NCBI RefSeq assembly: GCF_009914755.1
Contig: NC_060930.1
Origin: the human T2T-CHM13v2.0 reference genome, Homo sapiens
DNA length: 64,000 nt
Reading direction: 5' to 3' (one strand)
Under the pieces are notes generated by a model. That model did not search any database and had not been told where the DNA came from. It saw nothing but the letters and a program-made list of their open reading frames with translations. A program made the position numbers and the translations under genes. Positions 1 to 14,700 of this stretch are shown one piece after another; positions within the stretch are counted from its first letter, which is position 1, and each line of letters starts with the position of its first letter.

Positions 1-240
1 AAACTTTTTCTCATAAAAACTATAAATGGGAAGGTGTTTTCTCCTCAGCACACTTGACACTCACTATGTATGTCTTCCAAAAGTGGTTGGCAGTTTCAAT
101 ACTGACTTGCTGGCAATTGATTTACAAAGAAAACCTTGTACTTTTCATCTTTTGTTTTGCACTTTTCATTCTCACTATTCTAGGGAATATTTAGAGCTGG
201 GTTTAGACCAGTTTTAGAGCTTGGTTTAGATTACAGTTTT

Positions 241-584
<344 letters not shown>

Positions 585-1639
585 TTATTCTACAATCACA
601 CTTTTTTTATTAGATTATTCTTAAGTTGCATGAAATATTTAATGATGATGGTACTTTTCTAATGTTGCAAAGTATTTTACCTGCTGGGGGTCTTGTACCA
701 AAGGGGAGTACTCCACATATGTGATGTGATTTTTCTTCTTTTTGTGTATTGGGGGTTAGGGGCTGATGAGGAAATCACAGAGGCTTTATCCCTAGCCCTA
801 ACTTTAGTCCCAAATTTCACCATTAAGAAATTGTCTTTGGGTTATGCATTTTCTTCTCTACTATCACACTTTGGAAGGTAAAGATATTGCATTCCTAATA
901 CCTAAGTGGGAGTCAATTTTTCTTTCTCCTAGGCATAGAAAGGCCTGATGGTAGGAAGAGGTACCAATAATTGACAGCAATTATTTCAGTTTTGCCAGCA
1001 GCCAAATTTGCCTGCTGGTTCCTAAGAACTAAGATGTAAGCCTTTTTGCTCCTATGAGAAGATGTCCTTTGTATGAGGAATTGGGTCTAAAACGAGCATG
1101 ACATCTCCCCAACTTCCTTAGTTTCCATAAGAATGAGAATGTTTTTCTCCCTCTAAATATGGCCTAGCAGTCCTATTGGGCTCTATGCTTGTGCACCCTA
1201 AGGACTCAATCAGATAGGTTCAGGGCACAGCCCAGAGTCAGGCAGAATGTAGCCAGGGAGCTTGTCAGTTTATCTCCAGAAGTTAACCAACATTCCCCAA
1301 CCTAATGATGACAATTACGGGAAAAAATAAGAAACCACACATTGATGTGCAGCAATTTAAAAGATAAGTTGCAACACCATATGAACAATCTCCTGAAAGG
1401 ATAACTGGATTTTAGGCATTAAATTAAATGAGCTTATCTGTCAGTAGTTTTGGCCTCTGTCTTTCCACTTTCGTGGCCAATACCAATTAATGGCCCTGAC
1501 AGTGTAAAGTTGAACAAGCTCTAATTCTCTGGGTTTGGTCACCTCTGTATTTAATCCAGGCCTGAGGGTTTCGTATAACACTGGTCTGAACTTCCCTGTG
1601 GGGTATAAGTACCAGGAAGACCTTCCTGCATGGCCTTCC

Positions 1640-2660
1640 TAATCACATTGCATAGGTAAACTAACCAAATGGAAGGTGGGGCAATGCTGGCAGTTTTGTT
1701 GCTGAAGGAGAGAGGTGCCTGGCAGGGAGGTGGGAATGTCTGAGCAGAGGGAGTGTCAAGTTTGTGCAAGGTCTGCCAGGGGAAGGGAGGGGAGAGACTC
1801 ATATTCCTCCTGGGACTGGAAATAGAGCTGGCAAGTTCAAGGAAGGCTTCTAGCCTCTTCCCACAGGGGATAATGTCTAATTTGTGTTTTTCCATGTTTG
1901 AAAAACTAATAGGTTTTATAGCCAGGTAGTCTACTTAATGTAAAGCATTTTGCTGGATGAATAGCCTAGATTTATTCCCTGGGGTTATGGAGTTTAGAGT
2001 CTAGTTAGGAAGACAGAGTTTGAGTTTTTGTTGTTGTTGTTGTTGTTGTTTGTTTGTTTGTTTATACGACAAAATCATGGACAAGGGGGATAGAAAGGAT
2101 TTGGAGAACAGATCAACAGTGGTTTGCAGGTGGATGATGAAGGAAATAGGACCAAGTGTGATGTCTAGGCCTTTGACTTGGGCTACTGAGTGAGTGTTGG
2201 AACTGTTTACGAGCATTGTGGTTAGGCTCATGGTTGCTTGGGTTGAAATCTAGGCCTTGCTGCATTCATGAAGTGAGATCATCTTAATGCCGATCCCATA
2301 GGTAGTGAAGATTCAGTAAGTTAATGTTCGTAAAGCCTGCAGGACAGCATCTGACACTTTGTAGGCATGAAATGATTATTTGCTGCTGTGAGAAAGACTG
2401 AGAAACAAGTCTGGAGGAGAGGCACAATAATTCGTTTTGGCTCCGTAAAGTCTGAAATGCCCAATAGATAAACAGATTTATAGGCTGAGAGGACAACTCA
2501 GTGTAAAAGTTTAAGGCAGAGATGGACATTTGGGATTCAACTGCATATAGATAACATCGAAAACTAGATGACTAGATGAGATTTCCCTGGGGATTACTTA
2601 ATAAATACAAATGGTCATGAACTCACTAACCTTTAGGAATGAAGTGAACTTTCCTTTGTA
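1640..2660 (-). mobile_element. Degraded L2 fragments with an embedded MIR-like segment (~2215-2390) and a (TTG)n/(TTTG)n tract at ~2025-2062
   Basis: Purine-rich L2-antisense-like text such as GTCTGAAATGCC...GAGATGGACATTTGGGA. Boundaries are approximate. Confidence 0.5.
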
Positions 2661-5227
2661 GGGAAGAACCAGTCCCTCTCTTTAGGAGGAGGCATAAGTC
2701 TATCAACCATATAATTTGGGGAAAGGGTCTGTCCCCAACCCTTTCTTCTTGGTTGTTGAGGGAAGGCAGCGGATCTTAATCTTATGTTTGGAGGAGCGAT
2801 AAAATCTGTATCCCTCTGAATTAATTAAACCCCTGCTCTTAGTGCTGTTTATGATACCCATTCCAGGACAAAATCTGCACCTCATCTGATGAAAAATTTG
2901 ATGTGAAGAAATGATGAGCTATGATCAGGTTAGGTTAGGTAGAATTAGATTTCAAAGCACTAAAAAAAATTTTTAGCTGTCAGAGGATGTGTGTGATTCC
3001 CAGAGGCAATACTTTGCATACTGATTAAGCAATCATGACCTATTTAGTTTGATTTATAATGAAAAGAAAATCTATGGTATGTTAATGAAAGATCTTGGCA
3101 TATTTCAGTCTGCAGTAGGATTCAAATTGAAATAGGCCTTGATAAGTAGGAATAATTACACAGCAGACTGAAATTATCTCCTTTACAGAAAGATTCCAGG
3201 AATACAGGAAAAGGTCAAGGGATCATCGGTATCCAGGGTTTCTTGTTGCTGTTGTTCTTGTCATAGTTTTTTACTTGCCTAGATTTGTATCTAAGAACAT
3301 ACAAAAAAGTCCTCTCCATTTTTTGGTTTTCTGCTGCCTTTTTATGTTGTCTTTAGACTTCAAGGAGACATGGGAGAGGTGGGTGACTTTGGGGTAAAGG
3401 AGGAGAAATTGAATCTCTTCTGTAGGCAGAAGTAGAATCAGGAAATACAACTTTATGGTGGGCTATTCAAAGCAGTGGGCTTCATGTATTCAACAAGTAT
3501 TCTGCTTTGCTAACCCATGAAACATGAAATCCCCCCACTAATAAACCCCTCTGAATCGTGCCACAATCTAAATGGTAAGTCGACAGAGGGCAGAGGTTTT
3601 GGAAAGGAATTTAAACTATTCCATCTTTTTGAAAGCTTAATAATTTTATCCTACATAAAGAGGACGAAAAGCCTCACATTCAGCATTTTAAAAACGCACA
3701 GTGCTCAAAAATTGAACGTTAGTTTATGATTTATTTACTCTTTGATTTTGTTCTTCTAAGACTTCCAGGCCATTAATGGTCAGGAATTCTTATTATCTCT
3801 TTTTATGAGGGAGCCTGGTTGTAGCACTATTGAGTTCAGGAGTGCCAGTGAAGATTAAAGACCTAATTTTAAAAGATGTACACACCCAATCTCTCACATG
3901 GTTGTTCATTCTTTTTACCTTCAGGCTTTCATCTTATTACACAAGGCAGGAAGTAGATTCTTTTCTTCTAGATTCAAGTGGTAAATTTATGTTCTGATAA
4001 CATATTTAGGGAGCCTTTGGAATAAAATAATCTTAAATGTTTTTTTGTATCTTTGGTGAAATGCTGCATATTCAACCATTAAAGGAACACTTTCTTTTAA
4101 ATCTCATAAGAGGAAATATATTCGTGCTGTAAAATATCTTCTTCTAAAAAGATGAATTTTTTATTTCTTCTAGTTGTATGTAGAAAAATGCTTTATTTAA
4201 GTCAAAACAATTTAGAAAACAACATGCTTTCTCCTTTTGATTATTAACACCAATGTTCAAATTAGTAAAACATGTCAAGTGGACTTTGCATGAAAAGTCA
4301 ACAGAATGCTTTTTATTTGGCTTGCAGAGACCCTTACCTCACACTACTGAAGATCCCCTGTTGGCGTGCTGGTCAAACAGCTAACCTGTCCTTGCCAATA
4401 AATGCTATCCATTCCAGCCAAATTGAGTTTCTGAAAAGTAGAGCCCACTTTCCTGTTGACTTTCATTGAAAAACAGGAAGTTTACATGTACTCAACACCA
4501 AACATCTCTCAGTAAACAGTCTTAAAGGACTTAATGCATATCAGGTGCTCTATAAACATTAGCTGCCATTGCTTTAAAAAACATTAGCTGCTATTGCCAT
4601 TGCTGCCAAAGAAAGGCAAATGTTTAACTATGAAAGTAATGGCAGCTAATGTTCAGCCCTAGACCAGATTTGAGCCTTGTTGGGAAGTGCAGGTCCCTAA
4701 AGCAGTGTTTTCTGCTAGAATGGCTTTAGAACACACAAGGGCAAATTTCTCTTCACTCACCTGAAAGCTTCAGTTGTTCTCTTGAGTTAGAAGCTTCACA
4801 TTGGAAACTCCTGATTCCGCTCCTGTAGCTGAAGTGAGGACAGGCACAGAACACAGACTTGAAGCATATACTTTCAACGTTTCTGCCACCTAATGCACAA
4901 CTGACGGCAACTCAAAGATATCTTACACATTCCTGCTTTTACTTAAGGAAAACATATTGTTCCTCTGCTCTATCAATTATGTAAGTCAGCAATGGTGAAC
5001 CTATATTTAGCTTAAAGTAAGAGACCTAGCAATCTGAAATGCTAAATACTATTTCTATTTAAGTTACAAGATTGTCAAGTCAATCAAGGTATTAGTATTT
5101 AAGTTGTTTTTCATTATTTGAATATTATTGCACATAGTTTTATATGATAGGGTTGAAAAACAATCTTAAGTATTAAAGATGTGCCAGATTCTATGGCATA
5201 ATAAAGGGAGTAAAATGCAATACATCA

Positions 5228-5516
5228 TTGAGTGCCATGGCTCACACCTATAATCCTAGCCCTTCAGGAGGCCGAGGTGAAAGAATCACTTGAGCTCACG
5301 AGTTCAAGATCAGCCTGAGCAGCGTGGTGAAACTGCATCTTTACAAAAAGTGCAAAAAATCAGCCAAATATGGTGGCGTGCACCTGTAGTCCCAGCCATT
5401 TAGGGGGCTGAGGTGGGAGGATTGCTAGAGCCCAGGAGATGGAGGCTGCAATGAGCCATGTTCACTCCACTGCACTCCAGCCTGGGTGACCAAGTGATAC
5501 CCTGTCTACAAATAAC

Positions 5517-5563
<47 letters not shown>
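5228..5563 (+). mobile_element. AluJ-like element with an (AAT)n microsatellite tail
   Basis: Dimeric Alu with J-type GGAGGATTGCTAGAGCCCAGGAG, and (AAT)n at ~5518-5563. Confidence 0.9.
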
Positions 5564-5565
<2 letters not shown>

Positions 5566-5739
5566 CACCAACTTCTTTTGGCTGATAGGAGGGGTTTTTT
5601 TCCCCAAGACTCAGGCTCCTAGCTTCTGGATGGGGACCTATCTTACTCATGCAACTTTAAGATCAAGTTCAATCAGGATGCAGCATAAGGTTACAGGGCC
5701 TGTGCAATACGTAACTCCTGAGGTACCATTTGCTTAGAC

Positions 5740-5969
5740 CAGGCATGTCCAATATCTGGGCTTCCCTGGGCCACACTGGAAGGAGAATTGTCTTGGGCCA
5801 CACATAAAATACGCTAAGGATAGCTGATCAGCTAAAAAGAAAAAAAAGTTGCAAAAAATAAAAATAAAAACTCATAATGATTTAAGGAAGTTTATGAGTT
5901 TGTGTTGGGCTGCTTTCAAAGCTGTCCTGGGCCACATGTGACCCATAGGCCGCAGGTTGGACAAGCTTG
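5740..5969 (+). mobile_element. MER30 (hAT-Charlie MITE)
   Basis: CAGGCATGTCCAA...GCTTCCCTGGGCCACA...TTGGACAAGCTTG termini. Degenerate 8-bp TSD GCTTAGAC/GCCTAGGC. Confidence 0.85.
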
Positions 5970-6188
5970 GCCTAGGCTATGGTGTGAGTGCTGCTCCTTG
6001 GTGCTTTTAAGTACTTGGAGCCCAATGGCCTATTTCTCATGGGGTCTCTGATTACTTTGTTCTTGAAAATCATTTCCCGACATATAACCCTTTCTCACTG
6101 TTTACCCTTTTGAAATCTCTTTCAATTGTTGATTTCCAAGTAATGTATATAAAATAGCAACTAACTGTTTTCAAGAAATATGATGGTT

Positions 6189-6320
6189 AGCTGGGCTCAG
6201 TGGCGCTTGCCTATAATCCCAGCTGCTGGGGAGGCTAAGGCAGAAGGATTGCCAGAGTCTAGGAATTCGAGGCCAGCTTGGATAACATAGTGGGATCCCA
6301 AGTCTATATATATATAAAAG
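6189..6320 (+). mobile_element. Free Alu monomer (FLAM-like)
   Basis: Single Alu arm: GCTGGGCTCAGTGGCGCTTGCCTATAATCCCAGC...GGCCAGCTTGGATAACATAG. Confidence 0.75.
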
Positions 6321-7434
6321 GAATATGATGTTTAGCCTAAGGAAGAGGTGTAAAAATGTGGGGGGAAAATGTGCATTTTAGCATTCTTGAAATACAGTAT
6401 TATTTCTCTCTCTGAACACTGGTACTGTAGAAAGCTGACCCAACTCACCTTTAAATGTCTATCATCTTCAAGGCAGCAAGACATTTTAATGGAAAGCAGG
6501 CACCCTGGACTAGGCCCTAGACTTACCTGTGTCACTAAGATTCACATAACTCTTTTGGGCCTCAGTTTCATCATCTGTAATCTGAAGGGATTTAGCTCCA
6601 GTGCCCTTCAGATTTAACATTAAATAATTCTTGGAAATAAGGAGTCCTAAAATCTTTAACACTGCATTAAACTACCTGTATAGCTGAATTTTAACCATAA
6701 AATTTCATATAGAAATAGACTTGCATTTTTCATGGTGGGGACATAAATAATATTAATACCACACTAAAGTAATCAGATCACTGCATATGCTCACCTCCCA
6801 TTTTGCTATAGAAATGTGTTTAAAACACAATGTAGCTATCACCTATTTTCAATATATACTTCTCTCTAGCTAGCTATATTTAAATTATGCATTAAATTCA
6901 GAATGTCACACACACACAAACAAGTGTTTAAAAAATCATATCTTAGTTCAAAACATTCTCAAATATATAAAGTTAAACTACATGGAAAAGCTTAAAAGAA
7001 AATTAAATATTGGGTCTAATTGTAAGAATTCTTGAAGAAATGTGGAACCAACACAAGAATGAATTCTCTAACTAGTAGCCAGTCCCAACTTCATGCAAAA
7101 GCCACAGATATTGCAGAATATTTATTTACTTTTCCCTTGAGTCACGTTTCAGGCCACACAGAGTCAGTGGCAGGTGGTTGCTCAATAGACTTTCTTCCTT
7201 TCCTCCACCCTTCCCTGGTTTCCTTTTTACCCTTATCACTCCCTTCTCCCTAGGGCTCAGTCCATTCTGCAGGCACCCCAAGTGGCCAAGGCCCCAGGGA
7301 CCTCTGGCCTTGACTAGACAGAAAGAGGTTGCTTTTACAGTCTTCTCAAGGGTGCAGGCTTAAGTCTTTTTAATTCTTCAAAATGGGACATTTAAAATAC
7401 AGCACAACCCTTTTCGTGCCATATTTGATAGCAT

Positions 7435-7930
7435 CACAAAGCAGAACAGCTAGAGCAGAGACCCTAAGGTAAGAGGGGGCCTGGTATGTTCCAGGGACAG
7501 TGAGGAGGCTGGAAGGTCTGGAGCAGAGTAAGAAGAAATGAGAGGGGACCAGACTGTGTAGGGCCATCAGAAGGCCCACCAGGTGGACTTTGGCTTTTCA
7601 CCGTGAGTATTATGAGGAGATAGTGCAAGGTTTTGAGCAGAGACCTGCTCCAATTTAATGCTTTAATGGGTCCCTCTGGCTGCGGTGTTGAAAAGGGACT
7701 GTAGAAGGATAAGGTGGAAGTATGGAGTTTAGTTAGGTGATTGCAAGAGCCCCGGTGAGTGATGATGGCGGCTTGAACTAAGGTGGAGAGTAGTGGAAGC
7801 AGTGAGAAAGTAGACTCCACATCTATTCTGAAAGTTGAAATGAACCAACAGGGCTTTCCTGATGAATTTGATTTGGAGAATGAAAGAAACAGAAAGGTTA
7901 AAGATGATGCTAGTCTCCTATTTTGGGCAT
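7435..7930 (-). mobile_element. L2 LINE fragment (ORF2 C-terminal region)
   Basis: Minus-strand translation TLVQAAIITHRGSCNHL resembles the L2 ORF2 motif TLVQALIISRLDYCNSL. Confidence 0.7.
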
Positions 7931-8046
7931 TCAATAGATTGTTCTATTTTCTTACCAAAACACATAAGTTTTTGCACAGGAAAGTTTTTCTTGATGTTTT
8001 TCAGAATTATGATGTCAGTAGAGTCCTGGATTGAGCCTAATTCTGA

Positions 8047-8388
<342 letters not shown>

Positions 8389-8774
8389 TTGAACTCCATT
8401 TTTAATGCCCTTTTCACAGATCTGATTTCATTACCCAGTTACTACTTACTGAAACCTTCATCAGCATCCTAAAAATATAACTGTGGTAGGAAGTCCAGAT
8501 TTTTCTTTATTTATTTGTAAGTAAGTCATTTTGTTCTTAAGGCCAAGACACTACATTTACATCTTGCTTTCTGAGTCTAGTTAATCCAAGTGTTCAAGAC
8601 ACTGCTTTGGAAAACTATTTAGTAGCAGGCTTCTTCTGAAGAATTCTTAGCACATGACATTTCAAGATCACACCTCACTAAAATCTTCTAATGATGATTG
8701 GTGTTTTTATTTCTAGTCTTTAACATTTTTAGTATTTTTAACTGTCTTATCACTAATGACAATTTAGATAATAA

Positions 8775-11700
8775 TTTTTTATCTTTTTAAATTTTATTTC
8801 AATAGTCTTTGGGAAACAGGTGGCTTTTGGTTACATGGATAAGTTTTTCGGGGGTGATTTCTGAGATTTTGATGCACCCATCACCCAAACAGTGTACATT
8901 GTACCCAAGGTGTAGTCTTTTATCCCTCACCCCCCTCGAACCCTTTCCCCCGAGTCCCCGAAGTCCATTATATCGTTCTTATGCCTTTGCATCCTCACGG
9001 CTTAGTTCCCACTTAGAAATGAGAACATACAATGTTTGGTTTTCCATTCCTGAGTTACTTCGGTCTCCAACTCCATCCAGATTGCTGCAAATGTCATTAT
9101 TTCATTCTCTTTTATGGCTGAGTAGTATTCCATGGTATGTAGGAATATATATTAACTAGACTCAGAAAGCAAGATTTAAAAGCAAGATTTAAATGTAGTA
9201 GTTTTGGCCTTAAAAACAAGAGGACTTTTTACAAATAAATAAAGAAAAATTTGGACTTCCTACCACAGTTATATTTTATATCACATTTTCTTTATCCAGT
9301 CATCAGTTGATGGGCATGTAAGCTGGTTCCATATTTTTGCAATTGCAAATTGTGCTGCTATAAATATGCATGTGTAAGTGTCTTTTTCATATAATGACTT
9401 CTTTCCCTTTGGGGGAAATCCCAATAGTGGGATTGCTGGATTGAATAGTAGTTATGCTTCTAGTTCTTTAAGGACTCTTCATACTGTTTTCTGTAGTGGT
9501 TGTAGTTTACATTCCCACCAGCAGTGTAAAAGTATTCACTTTTCACCACATCAACGCCAATGTCTATTTTTTTTAATTTTTAAATTATGGTCATTTTTGC
9601 AGGAGTAAGGTGGTATTTCATTGTAGTTTTAACTTGCATTTCTCTGATAATTAGTGATGTGAGGCATTTTTTCACGTTTGTTGGCCATTTGTATATCTGC
9701 TTTTGAGAATTGTCTATTCACGTCTGTATTAGTCTGTTAATGCTGCTGATAAAGACATACCCAAGATTGGGTAATTTATAAAGAAAAAGGTTTAATGGAT
9801 TCACAGTTCCACATGGCTGGGAATGCCTCACAATTATGGCAGAAGGTGGAAGGCACATCTTACATGGCAGCAGGAAAGAGAGAATGAGAGCCAAGCGATA
9901 GGGGAACCCCTTATAAAACCATCAGATCTCATGAGACTTATTTACTACCACAAAAATAGTATGTGGGAAACCATCCCCATGATTCAATTATCTCCCACCA
10001 GGTCCCTCCCACAACACGTAGAACTTATGGGAGCTACAATTCAAGATGAGATTTGGGTGGGGACCCAGGCAAACCATATCAATGTTTTTTACCCACTTTT
10101 TGATGGGGTTGTTTTGTTCTTGCTGATTTGTTTGAGTTTTGAGTTTCTTGTAGGTTCTGGATATTAGTCGTTTGTCAGATGCATAGTTTGCAAAGATTTT
10201 CTCCCACTCTGGTTTGTCTGTTTGCTGATTATTTCTTCTGCTGTGCAGAAGCTTTTTAGTTTAATTAGGTCCCATATATTTATTTATGTTGCATTTGCTT
10301 TTGTGTTCTTGGTCATGAACTCTTTGCCTAAGCCAAGGTCTAGAAGAGTTTTTCTGATGTTATCCTCTAGAATTTTTATAGTTTCAGGTCTTAGATTTAA
10401 GTCTCACATTCATCTTGAGTTGATTTTTGTGTAAAGTGAGAGATGAGGATCCAGTTTCGTTCTTCTACATGTGACTTTCCAATTATCCCAGTGCCATTTG
10501 TTGAATAGGGTGTCCTTTCCCCACTTTATGTTTTTGTTTGCTTTGCCAAAGATCAGTTTATGTAAGTATTGGCTTCATTTCTGGATTCTCTGTTCTCTTC
10601 CATTGTTCTACGTGCCTATTTTTATACCAGTACCATGCTATTTTGGTAACTACAGCCTTGTAGTATAGTTTGAAGTCTGGTAATGTGATACCTCCAGATT
10701 TGTTCTTTTTGCTTAGTATTGTTTTGGCTATGTGGGCTTTTTTGGGGGTTCCATGTGAATTTTAGAATTGTTTTTTCTAGTTCAGTGAAGAGTGATAATG
10801 ATATTTTGATGGGAATTGCATTGAATCTGTAGATTGCTATTGGCAGTATGGTCATTTTTACAATACTGATTCTACCCATTCATGAGCATGAGTTTTCATT
10901 TGTTTGTGTTATCTTTGGTTTCTTTCAGCAGTGTTTTGTCATTTTCCTTGCAGGTATCTTTCACCTACTTGGTTAAGTATATTCCTAAGTATTTTATTTT
11001 TTATTTTTTGCAGCTATCGTAAAAGGGATTGAGTTCTTTATTTGATTCTCAGTTTGGTCACTGTTGGTGTACAGCAGTGCTACTGATTTGTGTACATTGA
11101 TTTTGTATCCTGAAACTTTACTGAATTCATTCATCAGATCTAGTAGCTTTTTGGATGAGTTTTTAGGGTTTTCTAGGTATGCAGTCATATCATCAGTGAA
11201 CAGCAACAGTTTGACTTCCTCTTTTCTAATTTAGATGGCTTTTATTTCTTTTTCTTGTCTGATTGCTCTGGCTAAGACTTCCTGTACTATATTGAATAGA
11301 AGTGGTGAAAGTGGGCATCCTTATCTTCTTCCAGTTCTTGAGGGAATGCTTTCAACTTTTCTCCCATTTAGTATGAAGCTGGCTGTGGGTTTGTCATAGA
11401 TGGATTTTATTATCTTGAAATATGTCCCTTCTATGCTGATTATGCAGAGATCTTTAATCATAAAGGGATGCCATATTTTGTCAAATAACTTTTCTGTGTC
11501 TATTGAGATGATCATATGATTTTTGTTTTTAATTCTGTTTATGTAATGTATCACATTTATTGACTTGCATATGTTAAAGCATCCCTGAGTCCCTGGTATG
11601 AAATCCACTTGATCATGGTGGATTATATTTTTGATATGCTGTTGGATTCAGTTAGCTAGTATTTTGTTGAGGATTTTTGTGTCTATGTTCATCAGGGATA

Positions 11701-14700
11701 TGTTTTCTTTTCTTGTTATGTCCTTTCCTGGTTTTGGCATTACATTTGGTGATACCAGCTTCATAGAATGATCTGGGAGGATTTCCTCTTTCTCTGTCTT
11801 TTGGAATAGTTCTGGTAGGATTGGTACCAATTCTTCTTTAAATGTCTGATAGAATTAGCTGTGAATGTATATGGCCCTGGACTTTTTTTTATTGTCAATT
11901 TTTTTATTACTGTTTCAATCTCGCTACATATTATTGGTCTGTTCAGAGTTTCTATTTCTTCCTGATTTCATCTAGGAGGGTTGTATTGATATATTTCCAG
12001 GAACTTATCCATCTCCTCTAGATTTTCTAGTTTGTGTGCATGAAGGTATTTGTAGTAGCCTTGAATGTTTGTATTTCTGTGGTATCAGTTGTGATATCTC
12101 CCATTTCATTTCTAATTGAGCTTCTTTGGATTCTCTCTCTTGTTTTCTTGGTTAATCTTGCTAATGGTCTATCAATTTTGTTTATCTTTTTGAAGAATCA
12201 GCTTTTTGTTTCATTTAACTTTTATATCTTTTTTTTGTCAGTTTCATTTAGTTCTACTCTGATCTTTGTTATTTTTTTTTTTCTTCTGCTGGGTTTGGGT
12301 TTGGTTTGCTTCTGTTTCTCTAGTTCCTTGAGATGTGACATTAGGTTGTCTATTTGGGGTCTTTCAGACTTTTTGATGTAGTCATTTAATGCTATGAAAT
12401 TTCCTCTTAGCACTGCTTTTGTTGTATCCCAGAGGTTTTGATAAGTTGTCTCACTATTATCATTCAGTTCAAAGAATTTTTTAATTTCCATCTTGATTTC
12501 ATTGTTGACCAAAGATTATTCAAGAGCAGATTGTTTAATATCTATATATTTGTATAGTTTTGAGGCTTCCTTTTGGAGTCAGGATACTTGATATGAATTT
12601 GGTTTTCTTAAATTTATTGAGACTTGTTTTGTGGCCTATCATATGGTCTATCTTAGAGAATGTTTCATGTGCTGATGAAAAGAGTGTATACTGCAATTGT
12701 TTGGTAGAATGTTCTGTAAATATATGTTAAGTCCATTAGTTCTAGTGTAGAGTTTAAGTCCATTGTTTCATTGTTGATTTTCCATCTTGATGACATGTCT
12801 AGTGCTGTCATTGTAGTATTAAAGTCCCCCACTATTATTGCATTGCCATCTATCTCATTTCTCAGGCCTGGTAGTAATTGTTTTATGAATTTTGGAGCTC
12901 CAGTATTCGGTGCATATGTATTTAGGATTGTGATATTTTCTTATTGGACTAATCCTTTCATCATTACATAATGTCCCTCTTGGTCTTTTTTAGTGTTGTT
13001 GCTTTAAAGTCTGTTTTGCTTGATATAAGAATAGCTACTCCTGCTCACTTTTAGTTTCCATTTGTGTGGAATATCTTTTTCCACCTCTTTACCTTAAGTT
13101 GATGTGATTCCTTTTGTGTTACGTGAGTCTCTTGAAGACAGCAGATACTTGGTTGGTGGTTTTTAATCCATTTTGCCATCATGCGTCTTTTAAGTGGAGC
13201 ATTTAGGCCATTTACGTTCAAAGTTAGTATTGAGATGTGAGGTACTGTTCTATTCATTATGCTAGTTGTTGCCTAAATACTGTTTTGTTTTGTTTCATTT
13301 TGTTCTTGTTTTATAGGTCCTGTGAGATTTACGCTTTGATGAAGTTCTATTTTGGTGTATTTCAAGGTTTTGTTTCAAGATTTAGAACTCCCTTGAGCAT
13401 TTCTTGTCAGGCTGGCTTGGTAGTGGCAATTTCTCTCAGCATTTGTTTGTCTGCAAAAGACTTTCTCTCTCTTTCATTTATGAAGCTTAGTTTTGCTGGA
13501 TACAAAATTCTTGGCTAATTGTCTGCCAATTATTTTGTTTAAGGAGGCTAATGATGGGACCCTAATCCCTTCTGGCTTGTAAGATTTCTGCTGATAAACC
13601 AGCTGTTAATCTGATAGGTTTTCCTTAATAGGTTACCTGATGCTTTTTCCTCATTGCTCTTAAGATTCTTTTCTTTGTCTTGATTTTAGATAACCTGATG
13701 ACTGTGTGCCTATGTGATGATCTTTTTGTGAATAATTTCACAGGAGTTCTTTGAGCTTCTTGTATTTCATTGTCTAGATCTCTGGCAAGGCCAGGGAAGT
13801 TTTCCCCAATTATTTCCTCAAATAAGTTTTCCAAACTAAAATTTTTCTTCTTCCTCAGAAACAGCAATTATTCTTAGGTTTGGCCATTTAACATAATCCC
13901 AAATTTCTTGGAGGAGGCTTTGTTCATTTTTTTTCTTTGTCTTTGTTGGATTGTGTTAATTTGAAAGCCTTGTCTTTGACCTCTGAAGTTTTTTTCTACT
14001 TGTTCTAGTCTATTGTTGAAACTTTCCACTGCATTTTTTATTTTCCTAAGCAAGTCTTTCATTTCCAGAAGTTATGATTGTTTTTTCCTTATGATATATA
14101 TTTCTCTGGAAAATTTTTTATTGATGTCCTATATTTGTTTTAAGTTTCTTTAAGTTAGTTTTCAGCCAACTTACCTTTCTCTTGTATCTCCTTGAGTAGC
14201 ACAATTCTGAATTCTTTATCTGGCAATTCAGAGATTTCGTCTTGGTTTGGATCCTTCCTAGGGAGTTAGTGTGACCTTTCATGGGTGTTATAGAACCCTG
14301 GTTTGTTTTATTACTAGAATTACTTTTCTGGTTTCTTCTCATTTGGGTAGACTATTTCTTAAAATTGTTCTTGAATTTATTTTTGCTTAAAATTTTTTTT
14401 AACTTAAATTTATTTATTCCCTCTTAAGGATTAGACTTTAATGTTTATTTTAGCCTAATTTAATTCTTGGTGCTTGTAGGGTTGAAGACTCAGTATGAGA
14501 TCCTTAGTTACAGAAAGTTTTTTTGTGTGCTGGCTTTCCCTTATGCTGTTTGTAGTTGTTACATTCTTGGTGAGTGGGTGAGTTCACTGCCTCTTATGGA
14601 GTTGGAATGGCAGGTATCTCTTGAAGCTTATCTTGTTCTCTCATGGTGTACCCTTTATTTATTTATTTAACTTTTTTCCCACTGTTTTATTTACTGAGTT

